Positions 1 to 11,445 of a stretch of DNA of 64,000 bases are shown here, in pieces. The DNA is taken from positions 44,392,001 through 44,456,000 of the forward strand of contig OZ336889.1 of assembly GCA_965287045.1 (NCBI GenBank), in the 5' to 3' direction. A model generated the notes under the pieces. That model saw nothing but the letters and a program-made list of their open reading frames with translations, ran no database searches and had not been told where the DNA came from. The stretch's first letter is position 1, and each line of letters begins with the position of its first letter. The position numbers and the translations under genes are program-made. Source of the DNA: Carcharhinus amblyrhynchos. Taxonomy: Eukaryota.

Positions 1-231
1 TAGGCGGCTTTAATGTTAGGAAAAGGTGTGATACGGTAACACAGAGAAAGATTCCCAAGTGTGAGTTAGTCTGAAACAGTGAGACAGAAAAGAGACGCAG
101 CGACTGAACGATGAAATAATTTATTTGAATGTATAGGTCGGGAATTTGCTGTGGGCAGGAGAAAGTACAAGGATTTGCTCTCTGATTGGCTGAATAAGAC
201 AATATAGATTCCTGAGGATCATTTATCACAT

Positions 232-410
232 CACGGAAACCCTACAGCACAGAAAGAGGCCATTCCGCCTATCGAGTCTGCACCAACCGCAATCCCACCC
301 AGACCCTACCCCTATATCCCTACATATTTTACCCACTGGTCTCTCTAACCTACCCATCCCAGGACACAAAGAGGCTATTTTAAGCATGGCCAATGGAACT
401 AACCGCATTG
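232..410 (-). mobile_element. 3' part of a shark HE1-like SINE
   Basis: Reverse strand reads ggttggtgcagactcgataggcggaatggcctctttctgtgctgtaggg, a CR1-type 3' tail; paralogues at ~17857, ~35330, ~52183. Family name from recognition, not a search. Confidence 0.65.
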
Positions 411-411
411 G

Positions 412-985
412 GTTTAAAAATGGGTAAGTCACGTTGCGGCTTTATAGAACCTTAGTTCGGCCACACTTGAAATATCGTGTTCAATTCTGGTCGCCACACT
501 ACCAGAAGGACATGGAGGATTTGGAGAGGGTACAATAAAATTCCCAAGATGTTGCCTGGTATGGAGGGCATGAGCTTTGAGGAGAGCTTGGAGAACCTTG
601 GTTTGTTCTCACTGGATAGACGGAGGTTGAGGGATGACCTGATAGAAGAGTACGAGGGGCATGGACTGCGGGGACCATCAGATGCCTTTTCCCAGGGTGG
701 AAGAGTCAATTACTAGAAGACACATGTTTAACATTCAACGGGCAAGGTTTAACGGAGATGTACGAGGCAGAATTTTCACACAGAGGGTGATGGGTGCTTG
801 GAACTCGTTGTTCCGGGAGGTAGGGGAAGCAGATACGATAGTAACTTTTACGAAGCGTCTTGTCAAACACATGCATAGAACGGGATTAGAGGGATAATGT
901 CCCTGGAGGGTAGAGAGCTTTAGATAAGTCGAGTAGCGTGGTCGGTGCAGGCTTGGAGGGCCGAAGGACTATTCCTATGAGGCAA
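412..985 (+). mobile_element. CR1-clade LINE 3' end (ORF2 C-terminus plus tail), decayed
   Basis: LYRTLVRPHL..VQFWSPHY.KD, LGLFSL.RRRLR.DL, FTQRV..AWNSL split by frameshifts. Confidence 0.85.
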
Positions 986-1619
986 TTTTCTTTGTTTTTT
1001 GCTCCAATAATACAATCCAGAAAAAAATAGGGAATACACTTTTCATCGAGGGAAGTTATTTCGGAGTGAAATGAAGAAACACTGCTTCGCATGCATCATA
1101 GTTGACTCAGATGTTTTTCTCATATATCCCCTCATTTCGGTCATAACTCATTTTATTCATTAGACCCATGTTGACCATGTTTCCACTAAATTACTGACCA
1201 TCGAACTTTGCTTTTTTCCCCCCACTTTCGTTGATGTCACGAACTGTATCTCTCCTCAGATACTGTTCTTACTTTCACACCGATTACAATCAAACTTCTC
1301 CTTGAAAGCAGCCTTGTTCCTCTTCCCTTGTAAGCTGCTACCGATGTTCAGTTAACATTTCCTCTCTAAACTACTTGAAGATATTACCAACCCCAAATCC
1401 ATAATATTGTTCCAACAATTCCAGCATTGAATCCCCACAATCGCGTTTCTGCTTCTGCCACAATACTGATATGTCCCTTATCAAAGTTACATTGTATTCA
1501 ACTGTATCGATAGCGAACTGTTACTGTTGTTCTCAGTTTTAAAGGTTTTTTTGCAGTTTCTTTATTATTGTCACAAGTAAACTTACAGCTATCGGTTGTA
1601 ATACAAACTGCAATTACTG

Positions 1620-1855
1620 CAATGAAGGTACTGTGAACATTTCCGAGTCGCCACACCCCGGCACCTGTACGGGTGCAATGAGAGAGAATTTAGCATCGCC
1701 AAAGCACCTAATCAGCCCATCTTTCGGACTGTGGGAGGCAAGGAGCACCCACACAGATATGGGAAGAATGTACAGTCTGTGACCCAAGCCGGGCATCGAA
1801 ACCGGGTTCTTGGCGCTGTGAGGCAGAAGTTCTAACAACCTGACGCCCTACTGCT
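1620..1855 (-). mobile_element. tRNA-derived (V-SINE/HE1-like) SINE
   Basis: Reverse strand ...gcctcacagcgccaagaacccggtttcgatgcccggc has a Pol III B-box-like head; paralogues at ~19250, ~36722, ~53580. Confidence 0.75.
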
Positions 1856-2769
1856 TGTTCTTTTTGCATTGGCGTCGGTCTTTGACACGATTCCACACAC
1901 GATCCAACAATTCTCCATCTTTAATCAGTTGCTTGGACCTCTGCTCATGATCTGGTTCCATTATTATTTATCAGATAATATCCACAGATTGTCTACAATA
2001 GCTTCTCTTCCTGCTCCCATGCCAGCAACTCAACAATATGTCCCTGGCCCCATTCTTTTTCCCATCCACATGCTCCCCCTTGTCGGCGTCATCTGAAAGC
2101 ACATCAGACTTTTTATGCACTCTGAAAGCACGTAGCTCTATCTCACCATCGCCTCACTGAACATTTCTATTGTGATGATCAGAAACCTCCTCCAACTATT
2201 GGGAAGAATAAATTCGTTGCGCGGCGAGGGCACCTTTGAGCCTATTGAGCCTCTTAAGTGACCTATTATGAATCAGTCAAGTGCTTCACCCTGTCCGCAC
2301 TGCAATTATTGAAAGAGATATCCAAGTAATCGCGCTCCAGAGCTCGATTAGCATTTCATGCAGGCATCGGTTTCATTAATCTATCCGATCTTCATCCTGA
2401 AGTTATAATTGGATCGGTTTCCTGTGCTCTTCCAGTGAAATTCAGATCAACAAAACTCATTGCATATATTTTCATCCGGCACCTTTGGAGACGCAATTTT
2501 CACTCTGTTTCTGTCTCCACATGTGCTTCCAGGCCAGCTGATTTGTTTCCCGAATATTCTGGGGGGCTTTAGTTACTTCTTGCCTTTGGCAATTTGACAC
2601 AGTGCTTACCATTGCGAATTCTCCCTTAGTGTACCCAAACAGATGCCGGAGTATAGCGAGTTGGGGATTTGACAATAATTTTATTGCGGTGTTAATGTAC
2701 GCCTACTCGTGCCACTAACACATCAATTTCAAACTGTAAAGTTAAATGATAAAAAAAACTTCAAAGAGA

Positions 2770-3562
2770 GGGCGACAGTTCGATAGAAATTGAGTCTGGG
2801 GAATCTGTGGCGAACAAAAAGATTGCAGATGAAGAGAACAGGCATTTTGCTTTAGTCTTCATTATAGAGGATACAAGTTGTCCCATAGAACTAGCTGTAG
2901 AGCAGGAAATTAGAATGACATTAAGAACGTTGTTGAAGATGTCGGTTGCTAAGTCCTCAGATCCTGATGGCTTTCACCGAAGGTCTTTAAAGAAGTGACA
3001 AATGAGACGATTGATAGGCTGGTTGTAATGTTCCAAAATTCCCCAGATTCTGGGAAGTGTTCGTTAGATTGGGAAAAGCGACGGTAGCACCTTAATGCAA
3101 TAGGAAAGAACGACCTATAGCAGGAAACAACATATGTTAGCTGAACAACACCAGTTAGCTGAACATATGACAGACAAGGAAAATGTTAGGAGCGGTTATT
3201 AAGATTTGATAGCAGGGCACATAAGTAAAACACAATAATCAGATAGGGCCAACACAGTCTTGTCAAAGGGAAGTCATGTTCAATCAATTTACTGGAGTGA
3301 TTTGAAGAAGTGAGGTGCTGTGGATAAAGGGGAGCGGGTGGATGTACTGTGTTTTCCAGTAAGGATTTGATAAGATGTCACAGCAAAGACTGTTGCGGAA
3401 AATGAGAGTTTATCGTGTGGGAGCATGGACAGAAAATTTGCGAGCGAATAGGAAGCATAGAGTAGGGAAAAGGGACAATTTTGTGATTCGCACGATGTCT
3501 GGAGTGATGTGCTACACTGATCAGTGCTGTGGCCTCAACTCTTTACAATATATATAAATAAT
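2770..3562 (+). mobile_element. CR1-clade reverse-transcriptase fragment, decayed
   Basis: KSSDPDGFH..FKEV..EI, FQNSPDSG, KG.SC.INLLE and FDK remnants. Confidence 0.75.
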
Positions 3563-3889
3563 GGTATGTTTTCAGTATGGTACCAGGTATGTTCTTGCTT
3601 TCTACTACGTTTTACATACGCTCTGATATTCGCCTCTTCTTCCCCCAAATTCCTTCACTCCTGGCCTCTAATTCTCATCCGTAAATACCTCCGTAAATGA
3701 AAACAAATCTTGCGCCACTACCGCTTTGGCCTTACTTCACTGTTGTTTTTGGAACGAGTTCAGGTGAACGGCCTTTTCTGTAACACGTTAACCAATCTGG
3801 TCAGGAAGTTCATCATCAATAACACTGCTAACAGCGTGTCACCAATATGGCTGGTCATGTATTGTGCATATGTTTCCTAATAGCACAAA

Positions 3890-4170
3890 TGTTTTTGATT
3901 TGATTTGATTTGATTTCTCACTGTTTTATATAATAGTATACAGTGACAAGTATTCTTTCTTACACGTTTTACCGAGAAAGCATACCGTTCATAGAGAAGG
4001 AAAGGAGAGAGTGCTGAATGTAGTGTAACAGTCACATCTAGGGTGTGGAGAAACATCAACTTAATGCGAGTTAGGTCCATTCAAAAGTCCGAGGGCAGCA
4101 GGGAAGAAGGTGTTCTTAACTTGGTTGGTACGTGTCCTCAGACTTTATCTTTTTCGCGATGGAGTCACAT
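3890..4170 (-). mobile_element. Rex1/Babar-like LINE 3' end with (TCAAA)n tail
   Basis: The paralogue at 22507-22746 reads RYRSLRTRTNQVKNSFFPAALRLLN; (gattt)n tail. Confidence 0.6.
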
Positions 4171-5404
4171 ATGTACTGAGTAAGGATGCCAGATTTCCTG
4201 CCGGGAATGATGTTAATGAAGCGAATGTTTTTTTTCAGCAATTCAGTAGTTTCATGGTTAACATGATAATAACTGATTTTGTTCAAGATTTATTGCCAGA
4301 TACCACGATGGGATTTAGTATCATTGCTTGTTCCAGGACTCTGCAACACTAATCCGGCAATTAGTCGCCAGTCTTTGGCGTCCGGTACGCTTTACAATGT
4401 TAGTTCCTGCTCCCTTGTTTGAGGCTACGCCTGCATCTGTCTTCGAAGCGTTTGAAATGCATCATAAACGTACGGATCGGATTTAAGCTTAATTTACTAG
4501 AGACTGAACACTGTTTCGCCGAACACAACAGTGCGAATAACCCTTCTACAGAAATTGTGTTTCTCTCTTCCCAAGTACTACCAGATCTCCCGAATTTATC
4601 TTCAATTTTATGTTATAATTGTCATTTTATTCTTCCTGCTTTCTATTGGACTTTGCACAATTGAAGAAAGAAGTCTAAAAGGAATCCCAACGAACCTTAT
4701 GCAGAAATTGTGTTTCTCTCTTCAAAAGTGCTATCAGATCTCCCGAATTTATCCTAACTTTTGTGTTATAATTGTCATTTCATTCTCCCTGCTTTCTATT
4801 GGACTATGCACAATAGATGAAAGAAGTCGAAACCGAATTCGAATGAACCTGTGCGCGTTTTGCGGCTGAACCGGCAGATGGCAATATTGCAGTTGATATC
4901 CCAAGGACCGTGTTATTACATGAAGTGTAGATGGGGCAAGAAATATCTCAAAATGTCAATTCCTGGCAAAATATGTGGACACTTGGAAAATAGGGATTCG
5001 GACATGAAAGTCGTTTGCAGAATATTCTCATTGGGTGTTGTCAATTAATTTGGATGTTTCATGAGTTCCCCTTTTTAATGGTGAATGTCCATAATATCAG
5101 AAAATCCGAATGATTAGAAGCAGTAAGAACCCAGTGCCACTAAATGTGTTACTATCACTTCCTTTCCTGCGTCATTCACTAAAGATAATGCTGCCAGCGC
5201 CACATTAATGGTCCGAACGTTCAGAAATTTGATAGGATAAAAATAGACAAAAAGGCGCGAACACGTTTCATACCATCACATGAACTGAAACGAAGATCAG
5301 GCCGAAGGTCGTGGCTGATGAGATCGTGGGGTCCACCCCACATTCGGTCCAGCCCTGTGCTCTTTGGGTCCCTTTTCAATCAGAAATCTATCGAATTCAG
5401 CATT

Positions 5405-7030
5405 TTTTAATGGGATATGGGCATCGCTGGCAAGACCAGCATTTATTCCTCACCGCTAATGGCCCTCAAGATGATGGTGGTGAATTGCTTTGTTGAATCA
5501 GCGCAGTCCCTGTGGTCCAAGTAAGCGATATATCCCCAGGTCAGATTGCGAATGACTTGGAGGAGAGAGCTAAGGTGGTGGTGCTCCCATGTGTCTGCTC
5601 CCCTTGTACTTCTCGACGGTAGAGGTGTGATTTTGTAAGATGTTGCCTTTGGATATTGGATGGGTTTTTGCAGTGCATCCTGCAGATGGTACCCACTGCT
5701 GCCACTGTTCATCGTGGCGGAGGCAGTTTGTGGAAGAGGTGCCAGTCAAGTTTTCTCCTGGATGGTGTGAGCTTCTTGAAAGTTATAGAAGTTGCACTCT
5801 CCTGGCTAGTGCAAATATTCCATCACACTCCTGACTTGTGCCTCGCAGATGGTGCACAGGCTTGGGAGTAAGGAAGTGAGACACTTGCCACAGGATTCAT
5901 GCCCTCTGACCTGCTCTTGTAGCCACCATATTTAAATGTCAAGACCAGTTCAGTTTCTGGTCAATGGTCGGCCTTAGGAAGTCGACAGTGACGGCATTAC
6001 CGTTGAATGTCAAGAGACAATGATTAGTTGTTGGAGGTGGTCATTTCCTGGCACTACTTTGTCACGAAGGATACTTGCCACTTGCCAACCCAAGCTTGGA
6101 TATTGCCCTGGACGAACTGCATTTGGACATGGACGGCTTCAGTCTCTGAGGATGCGGGAATGGTATTGCACAGCATGTGAACGTTACTGATCGAGCAGCT
6201 GAAGATAGTTGGGCCGAGGATACCATCTTGAGAAACTCCAAGGATACCATCTTGAGAAGTATGCAAATTAGAGGATGGAACTCCAACCACAGCAAGACTC
6301 TTCCTCTGTGCCAGGTATGACACCAGCCAGCGTAGAAATTTCCCTCTGATTCCAATTGCCTCCATTATTCCTCGAGCTCCTTAATTCCACCCGTGCTGAC
6401 TTGACGTCAAAGGCAGTCACTTCACATCTGACATTCAATTACTCTTGTCCATGTTTGACTCAAGGCTGTAATGAAGTCAGGCGCCGAGTGTCCAGCGGAA
6501 TCCAAACTGTGTGTCAGTGAGTAGGTTCCTGCTCAGTTCCTGCAGTTTGATTGCGCTGTTCATCACCCCTTCCATCAACTTGCTGATGATCTGGAGTGGC
6601 CTGATGGCTGATGAATAAGGTTGGAGATGCCCTTCTTTTTGCATAGAGGACATAACTGGGCAATTTTCTGCAACGACGGGTCGATGCCAGTGTTGTAGAT
6701 GTACTGAAACAACTTGACTGGCGGGGCCGCATGGTCTGGAGCACAATCTTCAGGATTGTCGACAGAATATTGTTAGGCCCCAAAGCCTTTGCAATTTCCA
6801 AAGCGTTCGGACATTTCTCGTATCACGTGGAGAGAATTGAATTGGCTGAAGCTTGAAATCCGCGATGTTGCCCATTTCTTTAGAAGGCCAAGATGGATCA
6901 TTCACTTCGCACATGTGACAAAAGATTGTTGCGAAGGCTTTAGCTTTATCTTTTTCACTGATCATTGAGGATGGGCACACTTGTGATGTCTTCTCCTCCA
7001 GTGAGTTGTTTAATTATCCATTACCATTCA
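5405..7030 (-). mobile_element. L2/CR1-group LINE ORF2 relic
   Basis: KAKAFATIF, KALGPNNI..LKT, IISKLMEGV.N, TQFGFR, GVSQDGILGPTIFSC (GVPQGSVLGP-like). Confidence 0.8.
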
Positions 7031-7039
7031 CGATGGGAT

Positions 7040-8770
7040 ATTCCTGGTAAAGAGGGTTCCACAGGCTGATGTCTCCCACGGAAAATGAAATTCTCTTTAT
7101 CTCCATCTCAATTGGAAAACCTCCTGTTTTAATTCATGTCCCCTCCTTCTAGTCTCCTTGGAGGGGAGGCACTTCTTCAGCATTCACTATCTCAACTCCC
7201 CTCACGATAGTAGATGTTTCAGCAGGATTACCTCGAATTCTTCGAAACTCTAATGGGTACAAGACCTAACTCTCCAACCGTTCCCTACATGATATCCCTT
7301 TCACCTGACAGGGACCCGTTTCTCCGAATGTTGCTGGTGCTATTGTATTCATTCTGAGGCACCCGGGCCAACAGGAAAGTACTTGAGATGTGCTCGCGAC
7401 AAAGCACGACAAATTTGTAGCGAATCTTCCCTACTTTTATATTCCATCACACTTGCAATAGGTGACAGCATTGCATTTGCTTTCCTCATCACTTACAGCT
7501 TCATGCTCAAGTTTTGTGAATCACGTTCCGGGGCACCCAGATCCCCCAGTGCTGCAGATCTTTGCACTCTCATCTCCGTGTGAATAATTTGCTGCTTTCC
7601 ATTCTTCCTGCCAAAATGGACCAATTCGCTTTTCGCCACATTGCACTCCACCTGTTTCTTTTTACCACTCACGTAGCCTATCTAAATCCTTCTGGATACC
7701 ATTTATCCAAACCTCACAATTTACTTTCCCTCCTGTATTAAAGTCGTGAGAAAAAGTTGCAATCAATCCTTCCCATCATGCATGTCATTTCCATAAATTG
7801 ATAACAGCTGAGGCCCCAGATGTAATCCTGTGATACACTGCCGGCTACAGTTCCGCCCCCCCCCCACCACCCCCAACAAAAAATGGCTCAGTCACCCCAC
7901 CTCTCTGTTTCTATAAGGCAACCAGTCCTCGATTCGTGATGAATATTATCCCATTCATGATGACCACCCATTTGGCATTTCATAATGTATCTTTGAAACT
8001 GTTTCTTATTAAATACCTTTTGGAAATCCAAGTCTACAGGTTCCGCTTTATTCACGTTACCAATAAGTTGCTCCAGTAAGTATAAGAAATTATTAAAGTA
8101 TGGCTTCATTCATTTAAAACCATGTTGGCTCTACATAACTGCAAGTGCCATGTCATAACCTTCTAATAATAGATTTCGCATTTAACTTTTGACAGATGTT
8201 GGGCTAATTGGCTTGTAATTACATGTTTTCAGTTTCTTTCTTCTCTTGAATACAGGAGATAGATATGCTATTTCCCCATCTCGTGGAGTAATAAACTAAC
8301 AACAATGCAGACGGAGACCAATCGGCCCTTCGCGTCTCTATCCACTCTCCCGATGGGTATCTTACCCAGCTCTATCATGTCCTAATGACTTGACAGCCTT
8401 TAGTTCTGACCGCTTTCTCAGTAGCATTCACCTGGTGGTTGTAATTGCTTTATGTTCCTCGTTCCCTTCTCCCTCTACACCTATAAGTATTTCTGGGACA
8501 TTATTTGTATATTCTACAGCAAGGCAGAGAAAATATGTCAATCCTTCTGCCATTTCCTCATTTCGTATAATGATGTTTCGACGTTCCTTTTCCAGAATAA
8601 CAACACTTATTTTAGTGAGCATTTTCCTTTTTAAAGCATGTAGACATTCTTACATTCATTTAATATGTCCAGCTAACATTCTCTCATACTCTAAGTTCTA
8701 CTTTGTCATTACTTTATTTGTCAATCTTTGTCGATTTTTATATTCTTCCCAATCTTTAGCTCTGCCACTA
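7040..8770 (-). mobile_element. CR1-clade LINE fragments, decayed
   Basis: GISYRERL, NEEMAE.L..F, YKPISLTSV and DFQKVFNK remnants in this or paralogous copies. Confidence 0.7.
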
Positions 8771-9379
8771 ATCGCAAAGTTTTCCTCTTTTTCTCCCACT
8801 CGGGTGCAATCATTGGAGATGTTGGGACTTTAACATCTCCATGAAGTAGGCCCGCTTTCTGTCTGTTATTTCAGCTGCATACCGTCTTCAGTCAACTTTA
8901 ACCTGTATTCCTGGCCCTCTGCCAATCATTTTCCGATTCGACTCACACGCCATGACGGTGGTTCTTCTCTCGCTGCTCCTGTCTTGTTGCATTAAACTGA
9001 ACTGGTGTCTGTCTGTCTCCCTCTCTCAACACTGCAGATGTCAACTCTGTGCATTCCACCCACAGGCAAGGCCTTAAGCCTCTCACTCCCTGGGTACTGA
9101 CTGCACTGCATGACGTGGACCTGAGACATATCCTTTCAGTGAATACCCTGCGATCTCTTTCAGCCTAACAACTTTACCTGTTCCTGATTCCTCTACCTGA
9201 CCACCGCATGGAAATTTTCCCACTGATGGTAAAATTTTAATATTCCTTCCCCACCCTTCATTCTGTCCACACGGGGGTCAGTAAAATTCCAACAACCGAG
9301 TCCAAATGCCAGCAAATATGTGAACCCTTTTATCTTTGTTCGACCCCAGCTAGAGTATTAGTCCAATTCTTGACAATGT

Positions 9380-9845
9380 TCTTCCAAAGTATTTCAGAGC
9401 TTTGGAGAGTGTGCAGGATGGTGTATTAGCATGTTTCCAGGATAAAAGTCCTCAGTTAGATGTAAGGACGAGAAACGTGGAGTTGTTCTCCTTAGAGCCG
9501 CACAGTAGATTTGATAAAGGTGTTCTTAAAGGTGTTGGATAAAGAAAGTAGGAGCTGCTTCAAATGTCGGGAAGTTTGATCACCAGAAGGGAAACATTTG
9601 AAATAACCTTTGAACAGCAACAGGAACAGAAGAGGGCTGGTGGTGGGTAAATATGTTCCGACTCTTAATGATCTGGAGACAACTGGATCAAGGGCTATTG
9701 GAAGAGGATTTAACAATCCCTGTCAAAAAGGTGGAAAATATGTGGAAGGCTGGAGTAAGATCAAGACAGAAATTCCAGTTCTATCGCTCCTTTACAGAAC
9801 CGACATGGATGCGATGGGCTGACTGCCCTCTTTCTGCGATCAACC
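9380..9845 (+). mobile_element. Highly decayed CR1 3' end
   Basis: ALESV..., ELFSLE and a tail-like gatgggctgactgccctctttctg; paralogues at ~27040, ~44285, ~62050. Confidence 0.55.
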
Positions 9846-10456
9846 TTCTCGAATTCTTTATACTGACACAGCTGCATCTGCACCGCGATCGGCAGCTCTC
9901 CAGGCGAAGTCATTAATTCATTTCTTCTCGTTCTCCTCTGTGCGCCTCAGCTGCATAACCAAAATGTTACTTCTCCCAATTGTTCAAGGACACATGGGGT
10001 GAAGGTGTGTGACAAGCTAACGTTATCAACATTTAAAGGGCTTGCTTGATTTTGTTTAATTTTTCAAATGAGGGAGCAATAGAACATTGTGCGATGGCTT
10101 CTGCAATACTGTCGTCCGGCGGGAGGAGAGGGTGGTGTTGAGGGGAGGGTAACCGGTCATCAGAAATCTGATTTTAAAAACTGCTATTTTCAGCTCATTC
10201 CGACGTCGGTAAATGCATTGACATTCTCAAACTCATTGTTTCCTATGACAGCAAATGTACCCCTCAAATCAAACAACGAAAGTCATGCGAAAGCTGTTTC
10301 CTACAGCATTTCACTTTGCCGAGGCTTAACTCACTGTGTATGCCCTGGGTTTCCAACACTTGAATAAAGCTGAGTGGGCAGTCCTGGCACTTAATCACAT
10401 TCTAGATTGGTAATAAAATGTTTCTCCTGGATTGTCTGTCATTCAAACACTTCAGA

Positions 10457-10893
10457 TAGCTATCCATCTATCTGTCTATCTATCTACCTGACTACCTCTG
10501 TCTATCTATCTGTCTGACTGTCTTTCTAGCTATCCATCTGTCTGTCTTTCTGTTTATCCATCCATCCATCCATTTTTCTATCTCTCTATCTATCTTTCCA
10601 TGTACCTATCTTTCTACCTACCTATCTATCTGACTATCTATCTCTATCCATCTCTCTTCCTGTCTGTCTATCTATCTATCTATCTATCTATCTATCCATC
10701 CATCTATCGATCTATCTGTCTATCTATCTATCTATTTCTCTGTCTATCTGTCTGTCTATCAGTCGATCGATCTTTTTATCTCTTTCTCTATCTATCTTTC
10801 GATCCATCTATCTTTCTATCTATCTATCTGTCTGTCTATCTATCTATCTATTTCTCTGTCTATCTGTCTGTACATCTACCTATTTATCCATCA
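10457..10893. repeat. Degenerate (TATC/TGTC)n microsatellite
   Basis: Read directly. Confidence 0.95.
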
Positions 10894-11253
10894 ATCGCGA
10901 AAAGCCAGTACGGAGTATGGCCTTACGCCTCACTGTGTGCACATGAAATCTCAACTCACACTTTTCGTCTCTAATTTATTCACCAAGGACGTTACGCCTA
11001 TTGAGCAGCTTACGGTCCCCAACATTTATTTATTGTAATCTGCAAGCTTCCAGAGATCAAGCCACGATTAATTTAATCTGTTTTATGTTTCACCGCACCG
11101 TTTGTTTTTTTTTGTTGGGGGAGGGGTGGGTATTGAGCCATTTTACATGCTATTCTGTGCCTTGGGAGATTTATATTTCTTATTTCCAAAATGGCTGACG
11201 TGCTCATTCTGCAAATATCAGACAATACCGAAATGGAGAGCTTTGGCCTAATA

Positions 11254-11320
11254 TCACGTGACAGGAAATTTGCATACCTAATTCATATTCATTCGCCTTG
11301 CGGTGTTTGAATCTTTTTAA
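11254..11320 (+). promoter_or_regulatory. IgL promoter 1: E-box CACGTG (11255-11260), GGAA, octamer ATTTGCAT (11268-11275), TATA-like TTTTTAA
   Basis: Perfect octamer in the light-chain orientation ~120 bp before the ATG, as in other vertebrate VL promoters. Confidence 0.85.
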
Positions 11321-11396
11321 GGGGAGGTTGGAATGGACTCAGAAGCGCGTTCGTGTCAGGATTTATTTTCTTTCTTCCTCTCCCCAAACCTTCACC

Positions 11397-11445
11397 ATGA
11401 CACAATCGATTGGAGTTCTCGCCGCACTGATACTTTGTTTCCACA
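11397..11445 (+). CDS. Leader exon, gene 1 (MTQSIGVLAALILCFH)
   Basis: Kozak-like caccATG, hydrophobic signal peptide, donor A|gtaagt. Confidence 0.92.

Noticed and set aside
240-980. Imperfect inverted repeat between ~240-290 and ~938-980
   Set aside because: Explained by a SINE and a LINE with related 3' tails inserted in opposite orientation.
1760-1855. tRNA gene
   Set aside because: It is the degenerate tRNA-derived head of a SINE.
9653-9916. ORFs recurring in all units (e.g. MFRLLMIWRQ..., MAILFSDPFC...) as novel genes
   Set aside because: They overlap decayed CR1 sequence, and recurrence is explained by recent duplication.
10600-10974. YLSI-repeat ORFs (also 28135, 45372)
   Set aside because: Translation of the TATC microsatellite.
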